The translations under genes and the position numbers were made by a program. Below, piece by piece: positions 28,412-40,812 of a stretch of 64,000 nucleotides of DNA. Source of the DNA: Octopus sinensis. Taxonomy: Eukaryota. Each line of letters starts with the position of its first letter. Position 1 is the first letter of the stretch. Where the stretch lies: NCBI RefSeq assembly GCF_006345805.1, contig NC_042997.1, positions 133,052,001 through 133,116,000 on the forward strand. Direction: 5' to 3'. The notes below the pieces were generated by a model that was not told the origin of the DNA, did not search any database, and saw only the letters and a list, made by a program, of their open reading frames with translations.

Positions 28412-28535
28412 TAGGCGCAGTCACGGGGTTTCGAGTTCAGTTCCGCCACACAGCACCTTGCACAAGAGTCTTTCAATCCATTCATTATCAGTTGATTCCG
28501 TGAACGGAAACTAAGTCGAAACCCGTCGTATATAC
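28412..28535 (+). mobile_element. SINE family A head fragment
   Basis: AGGCGCAG..GAGTTCAGTTCC..CAGCACCTTG..ACGGAAACT. Confidence 0.6.
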
Positions 28536-28541
28536 ATGCAT

Positions 28542-28617
<76 letters not shown>

Positions 28618-28996
28618 TATATACACGCATATACATTCAAACATACATACATGCACACATACATAATACATATGTGTATGCATGTATGTATTATGTATGT
28701 ATGAATGTATATGCGTGTATTATATATATGTATATATATATATATGTATGTATATATACATGTATATATATATGTATATATATATGTATGTATATATATG
28801 TATATATGTATATATATATATACGTATATAATATATATATATATATATATTTATATATAGAGGGCATTATACATACATGCCAGAAGGCATTATACATACA
28901 TGCCAAACGCTAAGAGGGACAATTAGTCATTTCTACCAAAAATATTACTAATCCCACCGAATGCAATTTTTCAAAGTAAGACATTTAAAAAATATA

Positions 28997-29042
28997 GACC
29001 TGTATCACAGTGATTTCATACTTACGTACTCATCAGCAGGCC
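28997..29042 (-). ncRNA. minimal type-I hammerhead ribozyme (intact)
   Basis: Minus strand: GGCCTG CTGATGA GTAC gtaa GTAT GAAA TCAC t GTGA T A CAGGTC; predicted AUA cleavage between 29003 and 29002. Confidence 0.9.
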
Positions 29043-29471
29043 TGAATGTATTATAAATAAACACAACCCTGCCTCGCTTAAGCGATCAGCTAACTGCTCA
29101 ACATCAACGAAGCACATGGGTGAGTTTACATATATTACATCCGGATAAATGGCAAACTTTTACGAATTGCATTTCGGGAGAGGAAAAGTTTTTTCGGATA
29201 AAAATTTAGCAATTAAGGACAACTACTTAATAAGGAAAACTTAACAAGAAATTGTCAGGTAGATAGCGTAAAAACCTCATAAGAGAAGAAATTTCGAAAA
29301 TAATTATTTCTTATTGAACATATTAATTTATATATAGAGGGCATTATACATACATGCCAGAAGGCATTATACATACATGCCAAACGCAAGAGGGACAATT
29401 AGTCATTTCTACCAAAAATATTACTAATCCCACCGAATGCAATTTTTCAAAGTAACATTTAAAAAAATATA

Positions 29472-29516
29472 GACCTGTTCACAGTGATTTCATACTTACG
29501 TACTCATCAGCAGGCC
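29472..29516 (-). ncRNA. hammerhead copy lacking U16.1
   Basis: Plus GACCTGTTCAC versus GACCTGTATCAC in the other copies. Confidence 0.75.
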
Positions 29517-29949
29517 TGAATGTATTATAAATAACAACGACCCTGCCTCGCTTAAGCCGATCAGCTAACTGCTCAACATCAACGAAGCACATGGGTGAGT
29601 TTACATATATTACATCCGGATAAATGGCAAACTTTTACGAATTGCATTTCGGGAGAGGAAAAGTTTTTTCGGAATAAAAATTTAGCATTAAGGACAACTA
29701 CTTAATAAGGAAAACTTAACAAGAAATTGTCAGGTAGATAGCGTAAAAACCTCATAAGAGAAAAAATTTCGAAAATAATTATTTCTTATTGAACATATTA
29801 ATTTATATATAGAGGGCATTATACATACATGCCAGAAGGCATTATACATACATGCCAAACGCTAAGAGGGACAATTAGTCATTTCTACCAAAAATATTAC
29901 TAATCCCACCGAATGCAATTTTTCAAAGTAAGACATTTAAAAAAATATA

Positions 29950-29995
29950 GACCTGTATCACAGTGATTTCATACTTACGTACTCATCAGCAGGCG
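29950..29995 (-). ncRNA. minimal type-I hammerhead ribozyme (intact core, 5-bp stem I)
   Basis: Same as 28997 except at the terminal stem I base. Confidence 0.88.
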
Positions 29996-30430
29996 TGAAT
30001 GTATTATAAATAAACAACGACCCTGCCTCGCTTAAGCCGATCAGCTAACTGCTCAACATCAACGAAGCACATGGGTGAGTTTACATATATTACATCCGGA
30101 TAAATGGCAAACTTTTACGAATTGCATTTCGGGAGAGGAAAAGTTTTTTCGGAATAAAAATTTAGCAATTAAGGACAACTACTTAATAAGGAAAACTTAA
30201 CAAGAAATTGTCAGGTAGATAGCGTAAAAACCTCATAAGAGAAAAAATTTCGAAAATAATTATTTCTTATTGAACATATTAATTTATATATAGAGGGCAT
30301 TATACATACATGCCAGAAGGCATTATACATACATGCCAAACGCTAAGAGGGACAATTAGTCATTTCTACCAAAAATATTACTAATCCCACCGAATGCAAT
30401 TTTTCAAAGTAAGACATTTAAAAAAATATA

Positions 30431-30476
30431 GACCTGTATCACAGTGATTTCATACTACGTACTCACTCAGCAGGCG
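30431..30476 (-). ncRNA. hammerhead copy with core insertion (CUGAGUGA) and shortened loop II
   Basis: Plus CATACTACGTACTCACTCAG. Confidence 0.7.
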
Positions 30477-30822
30477 TGAATGTATTATAAATAAACAACG
30501 ACCCTGCCTCGCTTAAGCCGATCAGCTAACTGCTCAACATCAACGAAGCACATGGGTGAGTTTATATATATTACATCCGGATAAATGGCAAACTTTTACG
30601 AATTGCATTTCGGGAGAGGAAAAGTTTTCCTTATTAAGTAGTTGTCCTTAATTGCTAAATTTTTATTCCGAAAAAACTTTTCCTCTCCCGAAATGCAATT
30701 CGTAAAAGTTTGCCATTTATCCGATGTGTATATGTAAACTCACCCATGTGCTTCGTTGATGTTGAGCAGTTAGCTGATCGGCTTAAGCGAGGCAGGGTCG
30801 TTGTTTATTTATAATACATTCA

Positions 30823-30868
30823 GGCCTGCTGATGAGTACGTAAGTATGAAATCACTGTGATACAGGTC
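30823..30868 (+). ncRNA. minimal type-I hammerhead ribozyme (intact, in the inverted arm)
   Basis: GGCCTG CTGATGA GTAC GTAA GTAT GAAA TCACTGTGA TA CAGGTC; predicted cleavage after 30862. Confidence 0.9.
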
Positions 30869-31132
30869 TATATTTTTTTAAATGTCTTACTTTGAAAAAT
30901 TGCATTCGGTGGGATTAGTAATATTTTTGGTAGAAATGACTAATTGTCCCTCTTAGCGTTTGGCATGTATGTATAATGCCTTCTGGCATGTATGTATAAT
31001 GCCCTCTATATATAAATTAATATGTTCAATAGAAATAATTATTTTCGAAATTTTTTCTCTTATGAGGTTTTTACGCTATCTACCTGACAATTTCTTGTTA
31101 AGTTTTCCTTATTAAGTAGTTGTCCTTAATTG

Positions 31133-31178
<46 letters not shown>

Positions 31179-31439
31179 GTATGTATATATATATGTATAT
31201 ATATATATACATATATATATACGTATGTATATATATATGTATATATATATATATACATATATATATATGTATGTATATATATATGTATATATGTATATAT
31301 ATATACATATATAATATATATATAGGAACAATGGATCTCGAAGCACATAAACCTAGGAAAGACAGCATACAATTATTCGTTTGAGAAAACTTTTGGACAG
31401 AAAAAGTCGAAGTGCGTGTGTGTGTGTGTATAGGTAGTG

Positions 31440-31660
31440 TTTTCCTTGATGTTTATGCTTGTCCCTCCATACAGCTTGACAGAAAGTTTTGGTTTGTGTA
31501 CGTCCTCGTAACTGAACGGTTCGACAAAAGAAACTGACATAATTAAGTAACATACTTAAAAACGAACGAAACTGAAACGCTAGAATCCATTTATTTGACG
31601 AAAACCCTACAAGATAGTATCCCAGCTCGGTTGCAGTCCAGTGGCTAAAAGAAGTAATTA
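31440..31660 (+). mobile_element. diverged SINE family A 3' half
   Basis: GCTTGACA..ACGTCCTCGTAACTGAACGGTTCGACAAAAGAAAC. Confidence 0.65.
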
Positions 31661-32017
31661 AAAATATGTTGGCAGAACATTTGATACCCTGTAGTGGTAA
31701 CATGCATTTTCTGATTGGCGTGTTCTAAATTCTCAAGTTTTGTAGTGAGACAGGTAGTCACGTAGCCATACGTTCCAGTAATCGTTGATACAGAATTTAC
31801 GCAATAGTTCAGATTGAATAGCAGAAGATTTTTCATCAATTCGTCCGAGATGTTTTCTTTTTCACAAATCTGTGCTATTATGCTGACATAATGTCAGAGA
31901 TTAGTGTAATGCTTGTACATAAGTATGCATGCATGTATATGCGTATAAATGTAAGTATGTTTGTATATATGTATGTATAGGTGTTTGTGTGTATGTACGT
32001 ATGCATATATGTATGAA

Positions 32018-32063
<46 letters not shown>

Positions 32064-32073
32064 TGTATCTATG

Positions 32074-32107
<34 letters not shown>

Positions 32108-32665
32108 TGTATGTCTATACATGTATGACTATCTGTATATACATATACATATATATGCATATATATATGTATGTTTGCGTATATGTGTTTGTGTAAGTGT
32201 GCACGAGCTTCTGAGTGTGTGTGTGCGCGCCCGTGTCTGTCTGTGCGCGCGCGTGTGAACGTAATTTCCATTTCAATCTATTACTTGACAATAATACCTT
32301 TGATTTCTCTTTTCCTTTTTTCTGTATATATGTATTGGGTTTTGTATTTTATCCAATAATATATTTCAACATACTTTATTTTTTTTTTTTTACTTTTCCG
32401 GTAAATTTAATCTCAGTTCTATGTAATTGTGGGCTGCAGCACTTGAGGCATTCTAGATAGTACGAAAACACATTTTGTCACGATCTAACATTCGGGTATT
32501 TTATACATCCTTTAAAACACACACACACACATACACACACGCACACACACACACACACACACACGCACGAACATACACACATATGCACTCACACGCATGC
32601 AATTATCTACCTGTCTATCTACCTGTTTATCTAAATATATACACCCACACACACACACACACATA

Positions 32666-32771
<106 letters not shown>

Positions 32772-32789
32772 TGTGTGTGTCGATCAAAT

Positions 32790-33810
32790 CACCAGTAACA
32801 GTTAAGCTTCATGCAATAGCCATACTCGTTAACGAGGGGGCAGCCATCATGTATGCATCCTCCTCAAACTCTTAAAGATCTCCAGTCAAAGGATTTTCTT
32901 AACAATATCAGACAAATTTCCAGCGATCTTGGTTGAAACATGCAAGCCGAAAATCGGGTTGAACCAGAGGACATCCTGATTCCTATATCTGTTTTTAGGC
33001 TTATTTGATCGAGTGTGTTGTACAGGATTTGAACAAAAGCAGTTAAATTATTATGACGCGTGTGTCTATGAGTTTTCGTTGGTAGTTCATTGACATGACC
33101 AATTCTTTCTGGCTTGTGTTCTTTATCTGAGTGAGTTCTCAAACGGTAAAGTTGCGATGGTATACTATGTGCATCGCAGTTTGAGGAATTACTAGTGTTG
33201 AGTATGCATGCTTCTTGTAAATATTGAATTTTTTCACGGTACCCAGCCCCAGCTAGAGCAGCATTACAATAAGATGTATGAGATTCGAAAATTTTATTGT
33301 TAGCAGATAATCTAGAAATTCTTGTAGAGATATTCTTAGTAGTCTCCGTATAATCGAGGGTGGATGGTTGGATACTACACTAATGAACTTAATATGATCA
33401 TTTGACTTATGAAATGGTTCAAATAATCCAGTATCAAGACAGAAGGTAGCGTCAAGAAAATTCACTCTACAATAATCTTTACCCATATTAATGTTTAGTC
33501 CTAAATTTTTAAAAAGTCTAAAGAAATTTTTCTATGCCTTTCTAACTGTACTAATTCTGTCTACGAAAAATAAGGCGTCATCCCTATATAGACCCCCTGT
33601 TACTTTCGGAAAGGGAGACTGGATTAAAGAAAGGATATATATTTCAACTAGGTCACTAGCCTGAGCAGAATCATGTGAGCCCATTGCTATATCAAATGCA
33701 TTGTTTCTATCTAATCTACTCCATAATCTACCACGAAAATCTACTAGAGTGGCTGGCGTGGCAAGTATAATATCTATTTCGCGTCGGGACAAATCGCAAT
33801 TTTTCATGTT
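32790..33810 (-). pseudogene. Penelope-like retroelement RT relic (Naiad-like)
   Basis: Minus fragments FDIAMGSHDSAQASDLV, GLYRDDAL, VNFLDATF, SNHPPSII and VLWFNPIF in broken frames. Confidence 0.85.
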
Positions 33811-34041
33811 AAAAATCGATCATACTCTATGAGTTTATGTGTCATGTATGTATATATATATATGTATTAATCATATAGAATAATCAGCCGAAATTGCGAG
33901 GCTAATCTGGTGCTTGACTGAAGAAAGAAAACTTCGAATAACCCGTCCTTGTTTTCTTTGTATCGTCTATCTGGATGTTTCGTTGTCCCTTTTAGTATCA
34001 CCTATTTGTCCGAATGGTTGCGTTCTTGTCCCATTTTGTAT

Positions 34042-34101
<60 letters not shown>

Positions 34102-35399
34102 CACGCACTCAACAGGCTGCCGAGTTCGAAGCCGAAACCACAAGGTTCTAAAGCGAACGTCTTAACCACGCTGCCAAGCCTCTTCGACTTTATAATCACA
34201 TAACTGTTTTTTTTATCAGATTTAAATCTGTAGCACTCAAATTTCCATGCTTCTGATGAATAATTCATCGATTATTGCTACGGCGTGCTTCGTTGTTGTC
34301 ATGTCGGAAAGACGACACGATCAGCCTAAATGATACTTAGCACGAGGAAACAAAGTTTAAATAAACTAAACTATTCATGATGCTCTTAATCTGGAAGAAA
34401 AACAATAAAGTTCTCAATCAGAGCATTGCCACCACTAGGTTTAACCCCCGCATTTGTGTATCCTGGCAAAAATTCTTCTCTTCTATGATACGTTATACGA
34501 ACACTCGGCTATCAGAACCAAACAAATTAAGTTAAAATGAATCCAAATTAAAACGACAGGCCTGGCGATGTCCAGCAAATGAATACAGGAGTATTGGTGA
34601 TGTTCAATACTCCTGAGCGAGTCAAAGACGGCTGGAGATCATCAGGTTTTCAGAGAAAGCTACGTTCTTTTTTCTAAGACAGAACCCGCCTTACTCATAC
34701 AATCTACTTTAATCAATTTTTTATGTTAGTGATACAAACGTGTATATGGGTATTTCTAATGAACGTAGTTCAACGGGTCGACGGCAGACATATTTCTGCT
34801 AATCATTGATAAATGGTGAATATATCAATCACTTCGAACTACCTTGGTCGAGGACGGCCAGTATAGCTATTAGTTTCGTTAAAGACACCCACAGGATGGT
34901 GAGTAACAGTTATTGAACATTCCGAATTTAAGCTAAACCTCGGAAAATCCAATAATGTTTCTTATTAAGACTTTTAGTTAATCCAGCAAAACACTCCTTA
35001 CGATGATATAATGAAAGTGTTATAAATTATTGTTTTGCTTCAAGTGTTGTTTCAAATATCAAAATGAAATAAGTGGGATTTATGCTTGTTGTTTTCTGAA
35101 TTCTATCAACAACTACATTATGTTAATTAAATTTTTCCTGCTTAAACATTAAACATACATAATTTAAATGAGTAAAAAAAATTCTCTTTGTATTCATTTG
35201 TAGCTTAAATCCGAAACCATTAAACAAACGAGAATACGGTGGATCGTCTTTTTTAAGCTGACGCCAAAATATAATGCGGCATAACATATGTAATACAGTG
35301 TATATGTATGTGAACACATACACATATACATACATAAATACATACATACAAACATACAAATAGGTAAGCATATAGATAGGGAGATAGATAGATAAATAA

Positions 35400-35489
<90 letters not shown>

Positions 35490-36398
35490 TGATTAATTGA
35501 TTGATTTGATAGATAGATAGATAAATATAGTAACATATCGGTTAGCGTCCATATACATTCCTAAAAATGCTATGCTAAATGGAACAAGAACATATGAAAT
35601 TATTATAACATGGTATAAATAAGTGAATCAAGACTAATGGGTTTGTTCAACAGCAATACAAACATGCGAAGTTTATAGACATCGCTAAACACCATACATA
35701 TCTAGAAACTCGCTATTGCATCCTCCAAGGACTTATATTTACAAACTCTCATCTAATATGATGTGCTACATTGTAATTTAAATATTTGATAAAATTAGAA
35801 AGCAAGTCTAATTATTTCATCCTATGACAGGAAGTTTATGAAGCATGTTAAATCAACCAAAGTTTATCATGAGTAAAGAGGGTAACTTATTGATTTAATT
35901 GAAAAGCATCTGCGAAAAATTGAACAGAACCACAGCCTGGACTCTCCTCATCCGAGGGCCCAGGCCTCAAATGTGCCCTTGGTTGATGATACAGGCTTCG
36001 GTTCTACGTTTTATATTGGTTGCTTTGAAAAATATATCCAACAGCGTCTGTGATTTCTTGAAGTCTCTCGCATTAATCGATTCACAGTAGCAGAATATCA
36101 TACCTAAATACTACAATGTATCTGACTGCATTACTTCAGTCACGATCATCCTCGTTAAACTGTTCCAGGATTTTGTAATCTTTGTAGAGCTGAAAGTGAA
36201 AAAAAACAGTAGTATGAGCTCCTTCTGCAGCTACTGAATGAATAGTAAGATTTTCAAACACATTTTGATTGCGATGCCCTACTAACTCCTGTAGTTTCTC
36301 TGTCTTTTATATTTTAACTTTTATCTTTTACTGGTTTCAGCCCGGGGCTGAGGTCATGCTGATGCACCACCTGTAGTTACTCGATGTTGTTTCCGGTT

Positions 36399-36615
36399 TT
36401 ATTTTTGTTGAAGTAGTGATTTGGGCGGAGTTGCTCTTTTTAGCCTCTCCTTCTGCGATATAGGTTCATCTGGTATCTCAGAGAGAAACCTGTCCAAACG
36501 TTCCTTGAAAACTTCCACATCAACACTATGTAGATCTCTAAAGTTGCCTGGCAGGATGTTGAACAGTTGCGGTCTCTTGAAATCCAGACTCTTGCAGTAC
36601 TGTGACTTTGTTTTA
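36399..36615 (-). pseudogene. LINE RT C-terminal relic (CR1/L2-like)
   Basis: SLDFKRPQLFNILP..VFKERLDRFLSEIPDEP. Confidence 0.65.
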
Positions 36616-36624
36616 GAATGGGAA

Positions 36625-37826
36625 GACAAAATAATGGAAACGCCTTAAAATTTCAAACAAATTTATCTACGAGGTATGGACTTGTACAAAGTCTGAATTG
36701 TTTCCAAAGGAATTTTTGTCTATACTTCAGCTAAAACAGTCTCCACTTCTTATAGTGATGATGGTGGAGGATATCGACTCCTTACTTGTTTTTCTAAAAT
36801 GCAATATAAATCTTCAATAATATTGAGATCTAGGGACTGCAGTGGCCAGATTAGATCTTCAACTTCACTAGAATGTTCCTTGTGCCATTCACTAACAACT
36901 TTAGCTGTGTGAATTGGTGCATTATCATCCTAAAAGATTACGTATCCCTCCAGAAACAGTTCCGCAACCATAGGATGAATTTGATCAGATAAAATGCTTA
37001 AATAGTCTTGGCTATTAATGTTGCCATGAAGGGAAACCATTGGACCGACGGATTTCCAAGTTATATATCCCCAGATCATCATAGATCTTCCTCCATGTTT
37101 AACATTTGGAAGAAGGCAGTCTGGGTCAAATGCTTCTTTTGGCTGTCTCCACAGGTATACTCGGTTAGTGGTTGGAAATAAGGTAAAGGATGACTCGTCC
37201 GAGAAAATAACATTCTTTCACTGCTCTAGGGACCAATTCTGTTTTGCTAAATTCTGTAGGTTTTTACTCCATTCTAAACGCTTTGCAAAGTTTGTCTTTG
37301 AAAGTAGTGGTTTTCTGACTGCAGCTCTCCCATGAAATCCGGCTATGTGCAGCTCCTGGTGACCAGTTTTTGTGAAAACTGGGTTCTCGTGGTAGTCATT
37401 AAACTCTGCAGTAATTTTGGGAGCTGTACTTCTGTCATCCTTTCTAACAATTCGCATAAGACAATTCGACGGTCCCTAACTGATTGTTTGGATTTTCTTC
37501 CAGAGTTTTGTTTCGACGAGGGTTTTTTTCCCTCTTTCTCGAAGGCTGTCATTACTTTCGAGACAGAACTTCTTGATACACAAAACATTTCGGTTGTTTT
37601 CGTTACGCTAGCGCCTACCATACGAGCACCAACAGTTTGACCTCTTTGAAAGTCCGATAGATCTGTCATTTTAATGAATTTTAATTACCTTTTTCTGATG
37701 ATATCTGAAAAGAAACTACTATTTTAGCAAAACATATTAAGCAATACTAATAATGAATCAAAAAACATTAATATAAACAAATGATGCTATGATGCTAGGT
37801 GTTTCCACTATTTTGTCCAACCACTG
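36625..37826 (-). mobile_element. Tc1-like transposon, decayed
   Basis: MTDLSDFQRGQTVGARMVGASV (paired-like domain), AVRKPLL, FSDES, DDNAPIH; TIR remnants GACAAAATAATGGAAAC (36625) and GTTTCCACTATTTTGTCCAACCACTG (37801-37826) followed by TA. Confidence 0.9.
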
Positions 37827-37898
37827 TATATGTATACATACATGCATACATACGCCCACACTCTTGTGTGTCCATCCATTCATCCATCCATCCAGTCC

Positions 37899-37933
<35 letters not shown>

Positions 37934-37934
37934 C

Positions 37935-38056
<122 letters not shown>

Positions 38057-38812
38057 CTAAATGTGTGTGTGAATGTGTGCGTATATGTGGGCATCCATGT
38101 ACGTGAGTGACTGAGCATGCAACCGATGAGAAATTATCAAAGGCAGTCAAGAATTCGGATAATGTCACAAATCAACACCAACACCAATATACAAGCGAAC
38201 TGTAAAGAACAACAAACGATTTAATACTGGTAAACGTAGAGCATTCGACTATCATATCTCAGACGCATTGCCGTCAGGATACATTGGAAGCAAGAGTGAT
38301 CGCAATTCCAGAGTCACAATCACAGCATGACTTGCAGATCAATATCAGTACGATGCATCGGTTTATATGGACGTGTACACTACAAGCGGGATGAGTCGCA
38401 AATCAATGGGAGTCAGAAAACAAACATACATGTTTGTCCTTGGGATGATATTTGTATTCAATCGTCTGGAATTTTGCCCCTTATGTACGGAGGCTCGATA
38501 GCGTCATACTTACTGCTGCGAAACCCGTAGCAATTCAACGCTTCTTCGTCAAGTAGATTGACCCGAATGCAATATATAAGCTATAGGATAGGTTGAAAAG
38601 ACGAGACTTCCAAGAAATACTATACAAAAAGCTGATACACACACGCCCCACCACATAATATATATATATATGTGTGTGTATGTACATTCATACATTCATC
38701 GGACAAACGTATATATATACTCATATTACTACGTATACATGCATAAATATGTGTCTACATATAATATATAGTATATATATGCACACATACATACATACGT
38801 ACGTACATATAT

Positions 38813-38868
<56 letters not shown>

Positions 38869-38931
38869 ACACCACACATATATATATATACATTATATAC
38901 ATGCACATATATATACATATATATATATGTG

Positions 38932-38970
<39 letters not shown>

Positions 38971-39052
38971 TATATATATATATATATATATAATATAGAT
39001 ATATACATATATATACCTATATATATGTATATTATATATATACATATAATAC

Positions 39053-39141
<89 letters not shown>

Positions 39142-39142
39142 C

Positions 39143-39173
<31 letters not shown>

Positions 39174-39261
39174 CATGCACATATATATATATATATATAT
39201 ATGTGTGTAATATATGTATATATAATATAATATATATACATATATACATATATATACATAC

Positions 39262-39339
<78 letters not shown>

Positions 39340-39379
39340 ATTAGAGAAAAACCACTATTAGGCATATATATATATATAC

Positions 39380-39415
<36 letters not shown>

Positions 39416-39419
<4 letters not shown>

Positions 39420-40812
39420 AGGAAAATTTTTTTTTAAAAATGCAGAATGCTCAAATGAAAGAAGATTTTAATAAATGAGAAATTGATAAAATATATAAAT
39501 ATATATTTATTCAACCGGTTTTCGTCATTGTATGACTTGTCAAGAATATTTATGTTTTAAGAATTTTTTTTAAATTAGAAAGGGGAAAAAAAGAAAATTG
39601 CATTGTTTTTTGTAAAAGAATAATGATAAAAATGTACAAAAATTAAAAAATAAGTTCTCCGATACATTGTGAGTTCGTTGTGTATCTTGAATTTTATGGT
39701 TGTTTACGAAAAATTAATACCTTGAGGTGTTAAGATCCAAAGGGATTAAGAGCATGTGTTGTGTTGTGTTGTTAAATTCAGCATGTTTGCAGGACAGGAA
39801 GTAGTAGTAATTGTGGTCCTGGTTCTTCAGTTCCTGTGTTGTGAGTAAGGGGAGACAACTCTTTTGAGTTCTTCAATAAAACCCAAATTATAAAACTATC
39901 ATTTTAGCTTCATTTGCATTATCTTTTTTATATAATTGCTTGTTAACTTAACTTTCAGATTTTAACACTTTATTTATATTATTTTCTAACAAGGAGAATC
40001 TCTTTATTGAAAAATTCCAAACACAACTTAATATGCAAACTCCTCGTTGATCAAACTTCCTTTCTCTACCTCACTCTTCATGGATGGACTAACACAAATA
40101 TATAAAGATACCATGCATTCATCACTTCAAGCTAAAACTTATATTCTTTAAATATCATTTTTACTATTGTTGTTATTACTATCATTTTTATTATAAATGA
40201 TATGACAATTTGAAATGCAATTGTCTATGCAGATTTATATTATTAGAAAATAATATAAATAAAGTGTTAAAATCTGAAAGTTAAGTTAACAAGCAATTAT
40301 ATAAAAAAGATAATGCAAATGAGCTAAAATGATAGTTTTATAATTTGGGTTTTATTGAAGAACTCAAAAGAGTTGTCTCCCCTTACTCACAACACAGGAA
40401 CTGAAGAACCAGGACCACAATTACTACTTTCCTGTCCTGCAAACATGAATTGAATTTAACAACACAACACAACACATGCTCTTAATCCCTTTGGATCTTA
40501 ACACCTCAAGGTAATTTTTTCGTAAACAACCATAAAACTCAAGATACACAACGAACTCACAATGTATCGGAGAACTTATTTTTTAATTTTTGTACATTTT
40601 TATCATTATTCTTTTACAAAAAACAATGCAATTTTCTTTTTTTCCCCTTTCTAATTTTAAAAAAACTTCTTAAAACATAAATTCTTGACAAGTCATACAA
40701 TGACGAAAACCGGTTGAATAAATATATATTTATTATTTTATCAATTTCTAATTTTATTAAAATCTTCTTTCATTTGAGCATTCTGCATTTTTAAAAAAAA
40801 ATTTTCCTTACT
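39416..40812. mobile_element. PLE 3' end with inverted pseudo-LTR: arms 39416-39989 and 40243-40812, 253-bp spacer
   Basis: Near-perfect ~570-bp inverted repeat; HALNPFG(LN) GIY-YIG C-terminal relic at 40475-40502; HHR-like motif in each arm; left end abuts (TA)n. Confidence 0.8.
39508..39548 (-). ncRNA. hammerhead-like motif, U3-A8 variant (mirror copy 40681-40719 on +)
   Basis: TATTC TTGACAA GTCA tacaa TGAC GAAA ACCGGT T GAATA; one nucleotide off canonical register at stem III. Confidence 0.6.

Larger units (their letters stand above)
28850..31135. mobile_element. retrozyme-like / PLE pseudo-LTR array: 3.7 tandem ~477-bp units plus one inverted unit, flanked by (TA)n
   Basis: AGAGGGCATT at 28859, 29336, 29811, 30292; inversion at 30622-30628; inverted arm 30622-31135; one HHR per unit; no ORF. 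Confidence 0.88.

Noticed and set aside
28850-31135. CRISPR or ordinary satellite interpretation of the array (also 1124-1428)
   Set aside because: There are no unique spacers or cas genes, and the context is eukaryotic. The HHR content and fold-back fit a retroelement-derived array better.
34586-34615. Perfect 11-bp hairpin CAGGAGTATTG/CAATACTCCTG
   Set aside because: Isolated, too short for a pre-miRNA, and with no supporting context.
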